23,991 nucleotides of DNA from NCBI RefSeq assembly GCF_004010195.1, contig NC_057720.1, forward strand, positions 4,761,426-4,785,416, given 5' to 3'. Both the position numbers and the translations under genes were made by a program. Source of the DNA: Chiloscyllium plagiosum. Its lineage: Eukaryota. The notes under the pieces are model-generated. The model searched no databases, was not told the origin of the DNA, and worked only from the letters and a program-made list of their open reading frames with translations. Below, in pieces: positions 1-9,837 of this stretch (within the stretch, counting starts at the first letter, position 1; each line of letters opens with the position of its first letter).

Positions 1-243
1 GAGTATGAGCTATAAGGAGAGGCTGGACAGACGAGTGTTGTTTTCTCTGGAGTGCCAGAGGCTCAGGGGAGACTTGATAGAAGTTTATAAAATAATGGAA
101 TGCATAGATAGGGTTGATAGTCAGACTCTTTTTCCTAGAGTTGTTCTCGGCACAACATCGTGGGCCAAGGGGCCTGTTCTGTGCTGTACTTTTCGATGTT
201 CTATGAAATATCAAAAAATAGGAACATGCATTTAAGGTGAGGC

Positions 244-1339
244 ATAGAGTCATAGAGATGTACAGCATGGAAACAGACCCTTCGGTCCAACCCGTCCATG
301 CCGACCAGATATCCCAACCCAATCTAGTCCCACCTGCCAGCACCCGGCCCATATCCCACCAAACCCTTCCTATTCATATACTCAATACTCTGACCAATAA
401 AGGAAAGCCTACCAAATGCCTTCTTCACTATCCTATCTACCTGTGACTCCACTTTCAAGTAGCTATAAACCTGCACTCCAAGGTCTCTTTGTTCAGCAAC
501 ACTCCTTAGGACCTTACCATTAAGTGTATAAGTCCCACTAAGATTTGCTTTCCCAAAATGCAGCACCTCACATTTATCTGAATTAAACTCCATCTGTCAC
601 TTCTCAGCCCATTGGCCTATCTGGTCAAAATCCTGTTGTAATCTGAGGTAACCCTCTTCGCTGTACACTACACCTCCAATTTTGGTGTCATCTGCAAACT
701 TACTAACTGTACCTCTTATGCTCACATCCAAATCATTTATGTAAATGACAAAAAGTAGAGGGCCCATCACTATTTTAAAACGAATAGAATTATGGTCGCT
801 GGCCCCAAATGCTCCCCCACTTACACCTTAGTCACCTGCCCTGCCTTATTTCCCAAAAGTAGGTCAAGTTTTGCACCTTCTCTAGTAGGTACATCCACAT
901 ACTGAATCAGAAAATTGTCTTGTACACACTTAACAAATTCCTCTCCATCTAAACCCTTAACACTATGGCAGTCCCAGACTATGTTCGGAAAGTTAAAATT
1001 CCCTACCATAACCACCCTATTATTCTTACAGATAGCTGAGACCTCTTTACAAGTTTGTTTCTCAATTTCCCTCTAACTGTTGGGGGGTCTATAATACAAT
1101 CCCAATAAGGTGATCATCTCTTTCTTATTTCTCAGTTACACCCAAATAACTTCCCTGGATGTATTTCTGGGAATATCCTCCCTCAGCACAGCTGTATTGC
1201 TATCCCTTATCAATAATGCCACTCCCCCTCCTCTCTTGCCTCCCTTTCTATCCTTCCTGTAGCATTTGTATCCTGGAACATTAAGCAGCCAGTCCTGCCC
1301 ATCCCTGAGCCATTTTTCTGTAATTGCTACGATATCCCA
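244..1339 (-). mobile_element. Internally deleted CR1 LINE: APE endonuclease part, RT C-terminal part and 3' tail
   Basis: Minus-strand peptides WDIVAITEKWL..GYKCYRKDR.G.RGGGVALLI, VGNFNFPNI.W..FLIQYVDVPTREGAKLDLLL (endonuclease) and MEFNSDKCEVLHFG..QRDLGVQV (post-RT). The 3' tail is at ~244-375. Confidence 0.9.
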
Positions 1340-1488
1340 GTTCAAAAGAGATGTGAGAGGCAGGTTTTTTGCACAGAGAGTAGAATGTGCTGCCAAGGAT
1401 GGTGCTGGAGACAGACACGGGCGGGGGGGGAGGTGTTTAGGGGCTTTTAGATAAGCACATGAATATACAAGGAATGGAAGGATATGGG

Positions 1489-1699
1489 GGTTGAAATGTG
1501 TGGCGCTGGAAAAGCACAGCAGGTCAGGCAGCATCCGAAGAGCAGGAGAGTCAACGTTTCAGGCATATACCCTTCATCAGGAATCTGCCCGAAATATTGA
1601 TTCTCCTTCTCCTTGGATGCTGCCTGACTGGCTGTGCTTTTCCAGCACCACACGTTTCAACCCTGACTCTCCAGCATCTGCAGTTGTCACTTTCTCCAT
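1489..1699. mobile_element. Fold-back hammerhead-bearing mini-element, family A (Penelope-like terminal repeat derivative)
   Basis: Imperfect inverted arms ~1488-1565 and ~1586-1663, plus a 34-nt unpaired tail. Minus-strand core gattc-CTGATGA-a-gggt-atat-gcct-GAAA-cgtt-gactc at 1548-1585. TSD GGATATGGG at 1480-1488 and 1700-1708. Confidence 0.85.
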
Positions 1700-1760
1700 G
1701 GATATGGGCCAAAGGCAGGCAGAAGGGATTGGTTTAATTTGGCGTCATGTTCAGCATTAT

Positions 1761-2068
1761 GGGTGGCACGGTGGCACCGTGGTTAGCACTGCTACCTCAC
1801 AGCGCCAGGGACCCGGGTTCAATTCTTGCCTCGGGCAACTGTCTGTGTGGAGTTTTCACATTCTCCCCGTGTCTGAATGGGTTTCCTCCGGGTGCTCCGG
1901 TTTCCTCCCACAGTCCGAAAAAAAACGTGCAGGTTAGGTGAATTTGCCATGCTAAATTGCCCACAGTGAAGGGGTATGGGGAATGGGTCTGGGTGGGTTG
2001 CTCTTTGGAGGGTCGGTGTGGACACGTTGGGCCGAAGGGCCTGTTTCCACACTGTAAGTAATCTAATC
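1761..2068 (+). mobile_element. tRNA-derived SINE (elasmobranch HE1/V-SINE-like)
   Basis: A box TGGCACCGTGG, B box GGTTCAATTC, central TTCTCCCCGTGTCTG..GGGTTTCCTCCGGGTGCTCCGGTTTCCTCCCAC domain, LINE-like tail GGGCCGAAGGGCCTGTT and (AATCT)n end. Further copies occur in the window. Confidence 0.9.
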
Positions 2069-2299
2069 ATAATGTCACGTGCTGAAGGGTCCATTCCTGT
2101 GCTGTACTGTTCAATGTTCTATATCCTATGGTGCCAGTGTCCCATAGTAACACTGGACATGTCTACCCTTCTCCAGAGCTCTGACAAGTTTGATACATCC
2201 AGAATGTGTTCGCAGAATGTCCAAATCTCTTTAATTTTCCAAGTGATTACTCTGAATTAATTAACTCAATTACTCTGAAGGGGAAAATGGCTGTGGGCA

Positions 2300-2395
2300 C
2301 ATGTGCAGATGGGGTCACTGACGTCAGCTGCCTTCTGATAGACCAATGGCTACACTGTTCTTCTCATCAGGTCCCATGCGCAGTGACGTCAATTA
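2300..2395. promoter_or_regulatory. Candidate enhancer with two full CRE palindromes and a CCAAT box
   Basis: TGACGTCA at 2319-2326 and 2384-2391, CCAAT at 2343-2347, TGCGCA near 2377 and several E-boxes, all in non-repetitive sequence. Confidence 0.45.
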
Positions 2396-2559
2396 CTTGT
2401 TAAAAGAATGCCCCATACTGTTTCAGCCTCTCTCACTCCCTCCGGGCTGAGACCAGCATGAGCAATAGCGCCTGTTGGTCCTCTGTGCCATCTGCTTTGT
2501 TCCTGGTAGCACCATCTTTATGCACCATCTTAAGCTGGTTATTTTCTAATCAACCTGTT

Positions 2560-2875
2560 AAAGATGCTATGACACACCCCAGACCTACTGGCTCAGACAT
2601 AGGAACACTACCACAGTGCCACAAGGGCCTCAAAGTTTAATCAACCTGTTCAGACACATCTCTGAACTCGAATCCAGGCCTCCTTCTCCAGGCAGAGTGA
2701 CACTACCACTGCACTACATCATTTTTATGACAATCACATTTGATTACATGTTTATCATCAGATAAGCCTTTTATTGAATTCCAAACTCACCTGCTGCCAT
2801 GATGGGATTCACATTCATGTCCCCAGAGCATTTACATGGAGTTTAGATTACCAGTGATATTATCACTACACCAAT
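2560..2875 (-). mobile_element. Degraded tRNA-derived SINE fragments
   Basis: Reverse-complement similarity to the short SINE at 20921-21032 (acactaccac motifs) and to the 5' end of the SINE at 11805. Confidence 0.45.
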
Positions 2876-2934
2876 ATATCCCCCTCATATATAAACCTTA
2901 TGTATTCATCCCTTCATAGGATTTGGACACTATC

Positions 2935-3225
2935 CTTCTTTGGTCCTTGAGGAGGTGGGGGTGAACTGCCTTCCTGAACCACTGTAGTCCATGTGCTGTA
3001 GGTAGACCCCCAATGCTGTTAGTGAGGGAATTCCAGGATTTTGACCCAGTGAGAGTGAAGGAACGGTGATACATTTCCAAGTCAGGATGGTGAGTGGCTT
3101 GGAGGGGAATGTGCAGAGGTGGCATTCTTTTGTATCTACTGCCCTTGTCCTTTTAGGTGGGAGCAGTTGCACGTTTTGAAGGTACTGTCAGAGGAGACTT
3201 GGTGAATTACTACAGTTGTCTTTGT
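2935..3225 (-). mobile_element. L2/CR1-clade LINE 3' fragment
   Basis: Peptide HRSFTLTGSKSWNSLTNSI..LQWFRKAVHPHLL. A related copy lies on the opposite strand at ~20325-20622. Confidence 0.7.
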
Positions 3226-3461
3226 ATGAAACTAATTTAATTTGTGCTCCCCACGTATTAAATGGTCAGTCAATTTGGCTAGTGTTACCCAAGTGAATGA
3301 ATAACCAGTTGGTTTAGTTTATGTTCTCCAATATGTGAATGGTTAGTTAGTTTAGCACAGTAAATGAATGATCGGTTAATTTGGTTTAGTATGTGTTCCA
3401 CCAGTCAATAAACACTCAGTTAGTTTAATTTTGTGTATGTTCCTGCAGTAAATGGATGACC

Positions 3462-6400
3462 AGTCTCTGTCTGTGACTGGCCTCTCTGTGTGCCCAGTCG
3501 CCCTATGTGCTGTGTCTCTCTATAAGTGCCCAATGTGTGCCCACTCTCTCTGTGTGCCCAGTCTGTGCCCACTCTCTTTATGTGCCCACTCTCTGTGTGT
3601 GCCCTCTGTGTGCCCAGACTCTCTAGGTGCCCACACTCTCTCTATGTGTGCCTACTCTCTCTGTGTGCCCAGAATCTCAGGTGCCCACTCTCTCTCTGTG
3701 CCTGGTCTTTATGTGTACCCAGTCTGTGTACCCAGTCTCTCTGTGTGCCCAGTCTCTCTATGTGCCCAGTCTGTCTGTGTGCCCATGGTGTGCCCAGACT
3801 CTCTAGGTGCCCACTTTCTCTCTGTGTCCAGTTTCTCTATGTTCTCAAACTGTGTGCCAATGTCTCCAGACTCTTGTGTGTGCCCATTCTATGTGCCCAG
3901 TCTGCCCATGTGTCCACTGTGTGCCCAGTCTCTCTATGTGCCCAGTCTGTCTGTGTGCCCAGTCTCTATCTGTGTGGTCAGTCTCTCTCTATGCCCACTC
4001 TCTCTGTGCCCAGTCTGTGTGTGCCCAGTTTCTTTGTGTGCCTACTCTCTGTTCACACACTCTTTGTGTGCCCACTCTCTCTGTGCCCAGTCTATGTGCC
4101 CACTCTCTCTGTGTACCCAACCTCTCTATGTGTGTCCGTTCTCTCTGTGCATCCACTCTATGTGCCCTCTCTCTGTGTGCCCACTCTGTGTTCCCACTGT
4201 CTCTGTGTACCCACTCTGTGTGCCCACTGCCTGTGCCCACTCTGTGTACTCACACTCTGTGTGCCCTGTGTTCCCACTCTCTATGTTCCCACTCTCTGTG
4301 TACCCACTCTCTCTGTGTACTCACACTCTCTCTGTGTACCCACACTCTCTGAGTCCACCCTCTCTGTGTAGCCACTCTCTCTGAGTCCACTCTCTCTGTG
4401 TACCCACTTACTCTGTGTCCACACTCTCTCTGTGTATCCACTCTCTTTCTGTGTACCACTGTGTGTGTACCCACTCTCTCTTTGTACCCACTCTCTCTCA
4501 GTTTACCACTTTGTGTGTACCCACTCTCTCTCTATCCACTTTCTCTGTGGGTACAGAGACAGAGTGTGGGTACACACAGAGAGAGTGTGTACACAGAGAC
4601 AATGTGGGTACACACAGAGAGAGTGTGTACACAGAGACAGTGTGGGTACACACAGAGAGAGTGGGCGCACAGAGAGAGTGGGCACAAGGAGAGAGAGTGG
4701 GCACATAGGGAGTGTGTACACAGAGAGTAGGCATCAGAGAATGTGGGTACACAGAGAGAGAGGCCAGACCCACTCTCTCTCTCTGTGTACCCACTCTGTG
4801 TGTGTACCCACTCTGTGTACCTGCTCTGTGTGTACCCACTCTGTGTATCCACTCTGTGTACCCATTCTCTGTGTGTACCCACTCTTTGTGTACCTCTCTC
4901 TCTGCATCCAATCTCTCTGTGTACCCACTCTCTGTGTACCCACACTCTCTCTGTGTACCCACTCTCTCACAGTGTACCCACTTTGTGTGTACCCACTCTC
5001 TCTCTATCTACTCTGTGTACCCACTGTGTGCCCAGTTTCTCTCTATGCACCCACTCTCTCAGTGTACCCATTTTGTGTGTACCCACTCTCTATATCCACA
5101 TTCTCTGTGTACCCACCGTTTGTACCCACTCTCTCTCAGTGTACCTATTTTGTGTGTACCCACTCTCTATATCCACACTCTCTGTGTACCCACTCTCTCT
5201 CTGTGTACCCACACTCTCTCTATAGCCACACTCTCTGTGTACCCACACTCTCTCTATATCCACACTCTCTGTGGACCCACTGTGTCCACACTCCCTCTGT
5301 GTACCCGCTCTCCGCGTGTACCCACTCTCTGTGTACCCACTCTTTCTGTGTGCCCACTCTCTCTGTGTACCCACTCTGTATCCACACTCCCTCTGTGAAC
5401 CCGTGCTCTGTGTACCCACTCTCTCTTATCCACTCTGTGTACCCAGTCTCTCTGTGTACCCACTCTGTATACCCAGTCTCTCTGTGTACCCACTCTCTCT
5501 GTGTACCCATTTTGTGTGTACCCACTCTCTCTCAGTGCATCCATTTTGTGTGTACCCACTCTCTATATCCACACTCTGTGTACTCACTCTCTCTTTATCC
5601 ACTCTCTGTGTACCCACACTCTCTGTGTACTCACTGTGTCCACACTCCCTCTGTGTACCCGCTCTCTGCGTGTACCCACTCTCTCTGTGTACCCGCTCTC
5701 TGTGTGCCCACTCTGTATGCCCACTCTCTGTGTACCCACTCTATATCCACACACTCTATGTGCCCACTCTCAGTGTACCCACACTCTCTCTGTGTATCCA
5801 TTTTGTGTACCCACTCTCTCTATATATCCACACTGTGTACCCACTCCCTCTTTATCCACTCTTTCTCTCTCTCTGTACCCACTCTCTCTATATCCACATT
5901 CTTTTGTATCCACTCTCTCTCTATATCCACATTCTTTTGTACCCACTCTCTCTCTATGTCCACACTCTGTGTACCCACTCTCTCTCATTAACCACTCTCT
6001 GCGTACCCCATTCTGTATATCCACACTGTGTATCCACTCTTTGTGTACCCACTCTCTGTGTGCCCATCCTCACTCTGTGTGTACCCACTTTCTCTGTACC
6101 CACCCTGTGTACCCACTCTTTCTGTACCCACTCTCTGTGTACTCTCTCTCTGTACCCATTCTGTGTATCTTCTCTCTGTATGCCCTCTCTCTCTGTGTAA
6201 CCTCTTTCTGTGTGCCCTCTCTCTCTGTGNNNNNNNNNNNNNNNNNNNNNNNNNNNNNNNNNNNNNNNNNNNNNNNNNNNNNNNNNNNNNNNNNNNNNNN
6301 NNNNNNNNNNNNNNNNNNNNNNNNNNNNNNNNNNNNNNNNNNNNNNNNNNNNNNNNNNNNNNNNNNNNNNNNNNNNNNNNNNNNNNNNNNNNNNNNCTCT

Positions 6401-7012
6401 CTGTGTACCCACTCTCTCTGTGTGCCCTCTCTGTGTACCCACACTCTCTCTCTGTGTGCCCTCTCTCTGTGTACCCACACTCTCTGTGTACCCACTCGCG
6501 CTCTGTGTACCCTCTGTGTACCCACTCTCTCTGTGTGCCCTCTCTGTGTACCCACTCTCTCTGTGTACCCACTCTCTGTGTACCCTCTCTGTGTACCCAC
6601 TCTCTCTGTGTGCTCTCTCTGTGTACCCACTCTATCTGTGTGCCCACTCTTGTGTGTGCCCACTCTCTCTGTGTACCCACTCTCTCTGTGTGCCCTCTCT
6701 GTGTACACTTTCTGTGTGCCCTCTCTGTGTGCCCACTCTCTCTCTCTGTGTACCCACTCTCTGTGTGCCCACTCTCTCTCTCTGTACCCACTCTCTCTGT
6801 GTACCCACTCTCTCTCTCTCTGTGTACCCACTCTCTCTGTGTACCCACTCTCTCTGTGTACCCAGTCTCTCTCTGTGTATCCACTCTCTCTGTGTACCCA
6901 GTCTCTCTCTGTGTACCCGCTCTCTCTGTGTACCCAGTCTCTCTCTGTGTACCCACTCTCTCTCTGTGTACCCACTCTCTCTGTGTACCCACTCTCTCTC
7001 TGTGTACCCAGT
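3462..7012. repeat. Long degenerate minisatellite, unit ~16-22 nt, (CT)n-GTGT(A/G)CCCA(C/G)T, with an inverted block at ~4547-4762
   Basis: Directly visible tandem units. They account for the many overlapping low-complexity ORFs in both orientations. Confidence 0.97.
6230..6396. other. Assembly gap (167 N) inside the minisatellite
   Basis: Run of N. Confidence 0.99.
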
Positions 7013-7014
7013 CT

Positions 7015-7217
7015 GCTCTCTATATTCTCGCTGCTGCTCCTGGTGTAGACGGTGCGGGGCGCAGCAGTGACATTGATGTTATAGACACACACACAGACAG
7101 AAGAGAGAGAGAGAGAAACCGGAACAAGGCTGAGCCTCGGTGGAAGCTGCTCTCCACTCCCTGTGCTAGCTACCGCACTCGCTTTCGGCCCGAGCTGGTT
7201 GGCAGCGAGAGGCAGGA
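7015..7217 (+). promoter_or_regulatory. Probable promoter/5'UTR of the G-gamma gene
   Basis: Unique sequence that retains CpGs in an otherwise CpG-poor window. Contains GC-box-like GCGGGGCGC near 7054, ETS-like CCGGAA at 7119-7124 and a short (CA)/(GA) tract, directly before the coding exon. Confidence 0.55.
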
Positions 7218-7298
7218 ATGTCAGCTACAGCGAACCTGGGCACCACCAGGAAGATGGTCCAGCAACTGCGCTCCGAGCTGGCCATTAACAGGCTGAAG
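7218..7298 (+). CDS. First coding exon of a heterotrimeric G-protein gamma subunit (GNG5/GNG7/GNG10-like; paralog not resolved)
   Basis: ATG at 7218 (G at -3) reads MSATANLGTTRKMVQQLRSELAINRLK (27 aa) and is followed by AAG|GTGAGA. It matches the G-gamma N-terminal pattern (K.V[EQ]QL[RK].E...[NE]R.K). The phase-0 intron after this Lys is at the position known for GNG genes. It lies in a locally CpG-rich stretch. Confidence 0.88.
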
Positions 7299-7516
7299 GT
7301 GAGAGAGAGGGAGAGAGCCCAGGGTCAGGGCAGGGCGTGGGGCTGACTCTCCAAACGCCATTCCTGGAGTATTCCCCGGCCCCGGGAGAAAGCAGGAAAT
7401 GGGAGATTTTGAATGGGTGGGGAATAGAGGAGACCAAGTGTGGTTTCACAATTCATCCCCGAATCCTGCTCCTTCCCTCCCTCCTCACCCCAGGGTCCAA
7501 CAGCTGTCTGTCTTCC

Positions 7517-7648
7517 CCCGATGAAGGGTTCCTGCCTGAAACGTCGATTTTCCTGCTCCTGGGATGCTGCCTGACCTGCTGTGCTTTTCCAGCACCACTC
7601 TAATCTAGACTCTGATTTCCAGCATCTGCAGTCCTCACTTTCGCCTAT
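7517..7648 (+). mobile_element. Single-arm hammerhead mini-element, family A
   Basis: CCGATGA(7518-7524)-a-gggt-tcct-gcct-GAAA-cgtc, then the family body gattttcctgctcc..gctgcctgacctgctgtgcttttccagcac..ccagcatctgcagtcctcactt. The core has a U4>C change. Confidence 0.85.
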
Positions 7649-7779
7649 CTAACCCCCCCCCAGACATTGCCCCATTCCTGTTGGGAATGACTGCTTCATT
7701 CATGTCTGATTCCCATCTGAAAGGGATAATCCCCAGGGTGAGCCAATCCCTGTGAGTGAGTGTGAGAGTCAGGAGGCTG

Positions 7780-7862
7780 TCTGTCTGTGTGTGTGTGAGA
7801 GAGAGAGAGTCTGGAGTGTGTGTGTGTGTGTGTGTATGAGAGAGTGTGTGTGTCTGTGTGTT
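7780..7862. repeat. Compound (GT)n/(GA)n microsatellite
   Basis: Directly visible. Confidence 0.9.
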
Positions 7863-9032
7863 AGAGAAGAACTTTGTTTTTCACATTCATTTAACCTCAG
7901 TTTGTTATCTCTACTCGAAAGCCAGGTAAGAATTTAATGATTTTTTTCAATGAGGCCTATCCTCATCTCTTCATTTGAAATCCAGAGGTGTTCCACTCCC
8001 ACTGGGAATTGAAGTTTATTCTCTATTTTTGGTGAGCTGCTTTGTCACATTTTTAGAAACAGCTCTTACGTGTCTTTCTTGGTCTGTGTAAATGACTTTC
8101 TGGGGTGTCTCTCATTCCAACATGCATCACCTCTTTTTGGCCCCACTGTCAAAGAGTTCAGTGCTCATTTCTTCTGTCATTTTTCATGCGAGGTTCACAC
8201 TGTGTTTGAGAGGAATTTGGGCAGTTCCAGGTTTGAAGATTATACAAAAGCGCCTCTTTGCATTTTCTCTCGCCAAGCTGTGTCTCAGTTTATAAATAGA
8301 ATATTCAGACACCAGGGAACAAAATAATCTTTTCTCCTCCCCTCCACCCTGTTCCTTTTCTTTGAAGGGAGATAGAAATTGGCTTTAAGAGCTTCCTTGA
8401 GCTGAGCAGTGCCCAAGGCTTTGTAAACTTCCTTGTCAGGGCTATGAGGAAGCGAATTTTGAATCATCTGGAAATAAATAATGTTATGGCATTTTAAATT
8501 GCAGATTAGATCAAATATTGAGTTAAACCTCAATGCAGGAAACGAAATTTGCTTGTTAGGAGCTATCACTAAATTCAACTGACTGCTGCTCGAAAGCTCC
8601 TTGTTTCTGTCAGATTCAGCAATTTTTCATTTGTTATTCTGTTCACTTTGTTTGTTTCTGAAATTGACACACTTGCTGTTAAGGCCTGAGCGTGAATATT
8701 GCCTCACAGACAGCCTGCAGGAATCTTACTGACTTGGATTGTGTAAAACATATGTTCTGTGGAAGTTCTTGTGAAACAGTGGTACTTTTTGTTATTTTAA
8801 TTGTTTCTGGGTGCCTGTGTAATTCCTAAGTTTTGTAAACAGTTCCCATTGTCTATAGTTTAAATAGTATAACGTGACTGTGCTCTCGCATATCAGGATC
8901 AGCAACATATCACAAACTCATTTTGTATCTGTGTTTCTGCCTCAATTAAAGTTATGTGTTTCACAAGTTGGGAGAGTAAACTGAAATTCCCGTGTTGCAG
9001 GGTGCACTAAATTGCAACTCTTATTCTACAAT

Positions 9033-9350
9033 GGGCGGCACGGTGGCTCAGTGGTTGGCACTGCTGTCTCACAGCACCAGGGTCCCAGGTTCAATCCCAG
9101 CCTCTGGTGACTGTCTGTGTGGAGTTTGCACATTCTCCCCGTGTCTGAATGGGTTTCCTCCGGGTGCTCCTGTTTCCTCCCATCGTCCAAAGATGTGCAG
9201 GTTAGGGTGGATTGGCCATGCTAAACTGCCCGTAGTGTAGGTGCATTATTCAGAGGGAGAATGGATCTGGGTGGGTTACTCTTCGGAGGGTCGGTGTGGA
9301 CTTGTTGGGCCAAAGGGCCTGTTTCCACACTGTTGGGAATCTAATCTAAT
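9033..9350 (+). mobile_element. tRNA-derived SINE (HE1/V-SINE-like)
   Basis: A box TGGCTCAGTGG, B box GGTTCAATCC, same body and tail as the copy at 1761. Confidence 0.9.
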
Positions 9351-9548
9351 ATGGTTTGCATCCCATTGCCAACACAGCACACTCTCCCCAAGTCCTGAAA
9401 CCATCAGTGTGCATATTGTGTCATCTTGGTCTGAGAAGCTTTCATTATTCATTTGGAATGTAAATTTAATTTGTAAATTGATATTATTTGAAGGTAATCC
9501 TTTTTGTCATGTTAGCTCTTGGCTTGTTCAGTATATTCAGAAACAAAA

Positions 9549-9683
9549 TGTGGAGGTGCTGGTGTTGGACTGGGATGGAACAAGTCAGAAGTCAGGTTCA
9601 CCTGATGAAGGAGCAGCGTTCCCAAAGCTTGTGATTTCAAATTAACTTGTTGGGCTATAAACTGGTGTCATGTGACTTCTGAC
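9549..9683. mobile_element. Hammerhead mini-element, family B, partial fold-back
   Basis: tcac-CTGATGA(9602-9608)-a-ggagc-agc-gttcc-CAAA-gctt-gtga. Short inverted repeat aagtcagaagtca/tgacttctgactt. TSD TTCAGAAACAAAA at 9536-9548 and 9684-9696. Confidence 0.85.
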
Positions 9684-9689
9684 TTCAGA

Positions 9690-9837
9690 AACAAAAACAG
9701 AAATTGCTGGAAAAGCTCAGCAGGTCTGGCAGCACCTGTGAAGAGAAATCAGAGTTAATGTTTTGAGTCGAGTGACCCTTCCTCAGAACTGATTGTAGCT
9801 AGGAAAAGGATGTTTTTATGCAGAAGACAGAGTGGGG
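9690..9837 (-). mobile_element. Older hammerhead-bearing Penelope-like end, family C (may continue at ~10700-10925 beyond a CR1 insertion)
   Basis: Minus strand agtt-CTGAGGA-a-gggtc-actc-gactc-AAAA-catt-aact at 9753-9790. Body gctggaaaagctcagcaggtctggcagca is related to family A. Confidence 0.7.

Larger units (their letters stand above)
1..2122 (+). mobile_element. CR1 LINE 3' end (ORF2 C-terminus plus tail), split by nested insertions; own pieces ~1-140, ~210-243, ~1340-1488, ~1700-1757, ~2068-2122
   Basis: Translates as SYKERLDR..LFSLE..RLRGDLIEVYKIM..IDRVD and later FKRDVRGRFF. Ends in a CR1-type tail (ctgtgctgtactgttcaatgttcta). Confidence 0.8.

Noticed and set aside
1761..1835. tRNA genes at SINE heads (also 9033 and 11197)
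   Set aside because: A and B boxes are present, but they continue into a SINE body and LINE-type tail, and I found no convincing cloverleaf.
3462..7012. CRISPR-like array
   Set aside because: No unique spacers, no cas genes, and a vertebrate context.
3452..7296. Long ORFs of up to 519 aa rich in C/V/P/L/S/T/H
   Set aside because: They are translations of the stop-poor minisatellite, open in many frames on both strands, and some cross the N gap.
8285..8578. 97-aa minus-strand ORF as a coding exon
   Set aside because: No recognisable family, and the splice-bounded part has stops in all frames.
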